From a virus (lineage: Duplodnaviria > Caudoviricetes): DNA of 42,396 nucleotides. The stretch lies in IMG/VR virus record IMGVR_UViG_3300029183_000433, positions 1-42,396 of that record. The stretch is one strand, 5' to 3'. The notes under the pieces are model-generated. The model saw only the letters and a program-made list of their open reading frames with translations. It did not search any database and was not told the DNA's origin. Position numbers and translations under genes: made by a program. This document shows positions 37,307-42,396 of the stretch, one piece after another. Each line of letters begins with the position of its first letter. Position 1 is the first letter of the stretch.

Positions 37307-38811
37307 TAGATCATCCTCAGGTTGATCGCCGTTGTGTCGCCCTGGATGCTGGCCAGGTCAACAGTAAATGCATACGTGACGGTTGCCGTGCAGCTCAGGG
37401 CACGATCGTCGATATCCTGGGTCACGCCATTCACACGCAGCGTGATGTAGTCCGCTGCTCTAGCATGGATGCCGCGAAGACGGTTGAGTTCGTCCTGCAC
37501 CGCTTGAATGGCACGGTTCGTATCATCATCAGGATTGCCCGTCGAAATCGCTTGAGCGTCACACGTCAGACTGATCGACCCTTCGCTCGTCGTTCTGATA
37601 TCCTGGATCAGATTGCCGAACCTACGGAAGGGGATCGGATGACTAGCACGTACTCTTATACCCTCTGTCACGCTGGTCGAGCAATTTCTGCTGGAAATGC
37701 CAGAAGGTAGGTTGGCCGCGATGTCGTCCGTATACGTGATCGAGAAGTCGATCGTTCCCCGACACTTGTTTTCGGACACCGAGTACGATGTCGGCTGGGT
37801 CAAGTTTAGCCCGCTACCGTGCGGCAGCTTGTAGCGGTTGTATACCTCTGTCGCTTGACTGGGTAGGCCCGGCTTCACGACGTTCAGGAAGCCCGACGCT
37901 GCACGCTCGAAGCCCATTCCCCCTTTGGCTGTATCCTTCGTGAGAGTACGCCCGAGACCCTGTACCGTGCCACCGAGGGTCACAGTGCCTACGCCGTTGT
38001 TGTCTTCCTCGAACGACTCTGTCTGGGAAGTGAAGTAGAACGGTACACCACTAACGATTGTGAACGACTCGGTAACTGAGTACGTACCACGGGCCACATC
38101 GGCAGTTTCACGACGAGAGACCGCGACTTCGTAGACGATACCACCAGCGGGGTTCGACGGATGCGTGATGTCGAACATTCCCGAGGCGTTCGGCTGCGAA
38201 AAGCACGGAAGCTGGATCGGGAGGTTCGTGATGCCAAGCAGGGGCTTGACGGCGGCTAGGGCTTGCTCGAACTTGTCCGTTCGGCCCTCGGCTCCCTCAG
38301 CAGACACCGTATGCTCAACCTGGAGCGTACAAGTGTCCTGATCTTCCGTAAACGACCACTGGTTGCTCAGGTTGTCTACGGCACCGCTCGCCCCAACGGC
38401 TGTCGTCAGATCCTCTAGATCTACTCGATAGTCGAACTTGGATACGTGAACGTCGGCGGCAACGTTGACAGACGTTACCTTGGGAGTGAGACCAGAACAA
38501 ATGGGCACACCAGACGGCAAGGTGCAGTTGGCCGCACCAGCACGAATGACGAAGTCCTTCTCATCTACTGAAAATACCGTACGCAGAGCCTCTTGCTCTG
38601 TGTACATCGTCTCGTAACTACCGGACGGCAGGATGACAACACTGCCGGTCAGCGTGATCAGGGTCTTGTCCTGAGTACGTACCCCGTTGTCGTCGAACTG
38701 CGGCTCGACCGTCATCTCGACAAACGGAGACGGAATAAGTCTCTTACCGTTGTAGAGAACCTCTACAGCGGCATCATCGATCTTACCATTTCTGTTTGAG
38801 AAGACGCCCAT
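37306..38811 (-). CDS. Putative distal tail protein (gene following the tape measure)
   Basis: Syntenic position; beta-rich with repeated ITLTGSV / VTLGGTV segments; 9 SG. Confidence 0.72.
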   Translation of the reverse strand: MGVFSNRNGKIDDAAVEVLYNGKRLIPSPFVEMTVEPQFDDNGVRTQDKTLITLTGSVVILPSGSYETMYTEQEALRTVFSVDEKDFVIRAGAANCTLPSGVPICSGLTPKVTSVNVAADVHVSKFDYRVDLEDLTTAVGASGAVDNLSNQWSFTEDQDTCTLQVEHTVSAEGAEGRTDKFEQALAAVKPLLGITNLPIQLPCFSQPNASGMFDITHPSNPAGGIVYEVAVSRRETADVARGTYSVTESFTIVSGVPFYFTSQTESFEEDNNGVGTVTLGGTVQGLGRTLTKDTAKGGMGFERAASGFLNVVKPGLPSQATEVYNRYKLPHGSGLNLTQPTSYSVSENKCRGTIDFSITYTDDIAANLPSGISSRNCSTSVTEGIRVRASHPIPFRRFGNLIQDIRTTSEGSISLTCDAQAISTGNPDDDTNRAIQAVQDELNRLRGIHARAADYITLRVNGVTQDIDDRALSCTATVTYAFTVDLASIQGDTTAINLRMI

Positions 38812-38814
38812 TGA

Positions 38815-41800
38815 TTACCCCGGCTGACCGAACCCAGTGATCAAGCCACGCTCAGACAGAACCTGCAAAACTGCTTCGATCTGTTCGGAGATCGGACTGA
38901 CCACCTCGTCTACCTGATCCATCGCTGCTGTTTGCAGCCCTTCCTCAATAGCTCCACGTAGGTTGTCTAGACCAGCAACCTGCACAGTCGAACGTTGGTT
39001 CGTAGTGACGTTGATGTTGACATCCGTAGCACCAGTACCGCCAGTACCCCCGCCTCCGGTCTCGGAGTTCGTCGCCAGCGTGTTGTTGGTACTCTGGATA
39101 CTAGTATTACTCTCATCGATGCTATCGATTCCACTGCGGATCTCGTCTAGCACGCTAACGATACGATCAAACTGCTCTTCATCACCAGACGTGCCCAGAT
39201 TACCAATCGAACGCTGAATAGCGGCAGACACGGCGGCAACGAAGCTGGCATCAATGCCACGCAAACTGTTCAAACTGGCAGCAATATCGCTACCCTGAGC
39301 GTAGTTCGGAATATGACCCCTGTTACGCATCGGGATAACAGCTTCGCTTGTATTAGCGACCGCCAGACCGGCACCAGCAGGCATAGCACGCTTTTCACGC
39401 ATACCCGCACGAAGCAGTCCAGCCGCCTCTCTAACGTTGAGACCACCAGCGGCGTTAGGAATGTAGCCACCGTGTAGATCGGCAAGAGCACCCGCAGCAC
39501 CAATCTGTCCAAGACGTGCATTGATGACCTGACCAATTCCTTGTACGATTGCGTTGCCGACTTCGCGGAACTGAGCGTTCTGCTCTGCAAAGAGACGGGC
39601 ATCACTCTCAATCTGACGTAGAGCCGCCGCGTCTTGAGCTGTGATCACTCGATCAGTCAACTCTGCACGCTGCGACTCGGCCTTCATCAGAATGCCAGCT
39701 TCTTCTAGTACGGCATCACGTACAGCACCAAGATTTTCCTCGGCACGCTCTTGAGCAATCTTCGCCGCCTCTAGTTGTTCTTCTGCTAGCTCGACTTGAC
39801 GCTGAGCCGCCAACACTTGGCCGATCTGTAGGTTGGCATCCTCAGCCGCGAGGTCTTGTAGCTTCGTAAGCTGTTCTACCTGTTGGTTGTTCAGCTCTTC
39901 AATTGACGGCAATCCGTCTTCCGGCGATACGCCAGCACCGATCTGACCGAGAGCCTCGCGTAGCTGATCAATACTGAATCCGCCAACACTGAACGTATCC
40001 GGCAGGAAGTTCAAGGCGTTCAAGATCAGTTGACGGAACTCGGCGGGCAGACCAAGCAGCAACGATTGAACGTCACTGAATGCCTGCGGATCCATATTCA
40101 GGAAAGCGTCGAACGACCCACCAAGCTGATCTACAATGAACTGTAGTCCAGCGATGCCTTGCTGTAGATCACGACTCTCAGCACCGGTCTGACCGAAGAT
40201 ACGCAGACCCGCGTCAACGATCTGATTGCGAGCATTCTCAAGGAACGATAGAGTCTCTTCTGCAAGCTGACGCTCTAGAGCGATACGCTGCTCAAGGGTG
40301 ATGTTAGCATCACGCAGAACGTCGTCGAATGCACTCTCTAGTGAGGACAGCCTGTCATTGAACGAGCTGATCCCACCACTGAGAATGGCGATTTCGCGAG
40401 CAAAGAGGTTTGACTCTACTTGAGCTTCTGCGACTGCACCATTGAACTCCAGGATCGCCTGCTGCAATCCCATGTACGCATCAGACAGATCACCGGTAGA
40501 CGCCAACACATCTTGCTGAGCGGCTTTCAGCTCTTCTTGTGCGGACGCTTCCTCTTGGAAGAGGTCGGACAGACGCTGCGACGTGAAGTCATCAAACGCT
40601 TGAGCGGCACCCTTCAAGGCGTTCTCAAAGTCGAACGATGCTTGTGCCAAGTCCTCAACGGCCTGTAGACGCTTCTTCTCAGCCTCGGCAGCTTCCTCTT
40701 CGGCACGCTGCTGCTCTTGAAGTAGAGCCAATCGGGCTTTGCCGACCTTGAGACCGTTCTCCAGCTCTTGGTTCTCGATACTGCGAACCAGAGATTCTTC
40801 TTCGATTTCCAGCCTTGCCTTACGGATGCCGTCCGTCGTCCCCTCTTGAGCACTCGATAGAGACGCAAGCTCTGTACGCACCTCGCCGAGACGCATACCA
40901 AGGACATCAAGATCACGCACAGCTTGCTCGGAGATCGACGCTAGCTGTTGCTCAGCTTGTGCTACACCATCTCCGAACGCACCAACGATCAGTTGACGTA
41001 CGCCCTCAGACAATCCTTCGCCGCCTCCAGACAGTACACTCTGGATATCTCCTGTGCCCAAGCCGCCAAGAGCAGCAAGATCACCAGCAGTGACGGCAGT
41101 ACCGAAAGTCAGAAGCTCGGCATTCAGTCTGCCAGCAGCCTCAGCGGCCTTAGCTGCCGCCTTCTCTTGCTCTTCCAATAGTTGCTTGCGTGTATTGAAC
41201 AGGGCTTCGTCTACAGCCAGCTCTGCCTTCGACGCATCACGACGAGCTTCCAGACGATCACGCTGAGCCGCGATGAAAGCATTCGCGAACTTAGCCAACG
41301 CCTGATCTGTACCCACGATCTCCTTGAGCTTTTCATTGATGCTCTGGAAAGCCGCCAAGCCGCTACGCTCCGTCTCAGCCAAGATGATCGACATCACCTG
41401 ATTGGCACGAGCCTGACCGGAGACCAATTCGCCTTCGGTATTCTTCTTAGCACCGATACCAAAGCCACCACCATCAGCACCAACAGTAGCCGCACGACTT
41501 AGTGCAGCAACAGTGCTAGCGAAATTCTGCTCCGCTACGTCAGCGGCCTCAGCCAGCAGCATTGCCTCGCTACGCATCATGGAGAACTTGTCAGCGGTAA
41601 ACTCAGCACCAACTTCAAGCATCTCGATCTCACGGTTGAGATCTTGCAGTGCCACGATACCAAGTGCAACCTCTTGCAGTTGACGGAACGTATCCAGACT
41701 CTGCTCAAGTGCAGTACGTACTTCGTGAATGCGGCTCGCAACCTCAGCACTAGCATCTCCGGCAAAACCGAGAGCTTCAAGCATCAAAGTATATTTCTCT

Positions 41801-42379
41801 TGAGCCGTCAGCGGGATATCAGAATCCAACGCCTCGTTCAGTAGCTCAAGAGCTTCCGGATTCTTGATCGTCCCAAGCTCTTGTGCGACACGGAGAATAC
41901 TCTCTCGGGCCTTATCGCCCTGCTCGCTCATGTCAGAGAAAGCAAACTGGAGTGCCTCTAGTGCCTCACCACGACTACCGAACATCCCATCAGGATTCAC
42001 AGTGTCTCGCACATTGAAATCTGCAAAGCTACGGCCAGCAGCACGACCGGCTACTTCACCGAAGACCTCGCCGAATCGATAGCCGCACCATCAGCGGCAT
42101 TCGACAATGCCGTTGCAATGTTCTCTTGGATGTCCTTGTCTGTCGTGATTGTACGCAGAGCAAACTGACGCTGACGCTCCGGCTGCTTAGACGCTTCGAC
42201 TTGCTGGGAAGCAAAGAAGTCAGTCAGGACGGTCGCTGCCGACACCACGAGCGACAGACTACCGGCGGCCAAACCAGCCTTAGCACTGATAGAGCTGAAA
42301 GCAATTCCCAGACCAGCCGCCTGTGAGATAGCACCGCCGAATGCGTCGCCCGCTTCGCGAGTGATCGTCCCGCCCCTTC
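38815..42379 (-). CDS. Tail tape measure protein, 5'-truncated, apparent 1-nt frameshift near 42074
   Basis: Ala/Glu/Gln/Leu-rich coiled coil; GYIPNA / GHIPNYA and VANTSEAVIP motifs. The ORFs 38815..42012 and 42051..42272 join if one base is added, and the upstream frame is open to the contig end. Confidence 0.85.
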
Positions 42380-42396
42380 GATCGTGACTGGGAAAC
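42380..42396 (-). other. Random-amplification primer tag (reverse complement), library artefact
   Basis: GATCGTGACTGGGAAAC is the reverse complement of bases 1..17. Confidence 0.93.

Noticed and set aside
457-42326. Numerous plus-strand ORFs of 60-200 aa
   Set aside because: They are antisense shadows of minus-strand genes, without recognisable motifs.
1-42396. Perfect 17-bp terminal inverted repeat suggesting a transposon, linear replicon or complete genome
   Set aside because: It matches a standard random-amplification primer tag and cuts through genes at both ends. There is no transposase or terminal protein, and capsid/terminase genes are missing, so this is a fragment.
1-42396. Stop-codon reassignment, as seen in some large phages
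   Set aside because: Conserved genes are full-length in the standard code, and TAA, TAG and TGA all end genes at sensible positions.

Overview
A 42.4-kb fragment of a large tailed dsDNA phage genome (roughly 55-58% GC by eye). Essentially every real gene is on the minus strand and translationally coupled through ATGA/TGATG/TAATG overlaps. Both ends carry the 17-nt random-amplification tag GTTTCCCAGTCACGATC, a library artefact rather than a terminal repeat. In transcription order (right to left) there are three modules. (1) Tail/virion module: tape measure (truncated, one apparent 1-nt frameshift), several tail proteins, and a 1660-aa adhesin with 4 LamG-like domains, a 14-aa repeat stalk and 2 PKD domains. 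(2) After an intrinsic terminator, a bacterial-type replication/recombination module: RecA, endonuclease, DnaB, DnaG, Cas4/AddB-like nuclease, ClpP, DnaE, SSB and a sigma factor. (3) A ~12-kb glycosylation cluster: about 8 glycosyltransferase-like genes, a sugar-isomerase cupin, an IMPDH/GMP-reductase family enzyme and a SAM methyltransferase. The most notable signal is that the virion proteins, but not the replication proteins or tape measure, are strongly enriched in a Ser-Gly dipeptide. Together with the glycosyltransferase cluster this suggests a phage-encoded protein O-glycosylation system using an S-G sequon. That link is a hypothesis, not demonstrated. All family calls come from motif recognition and no database searches were run.
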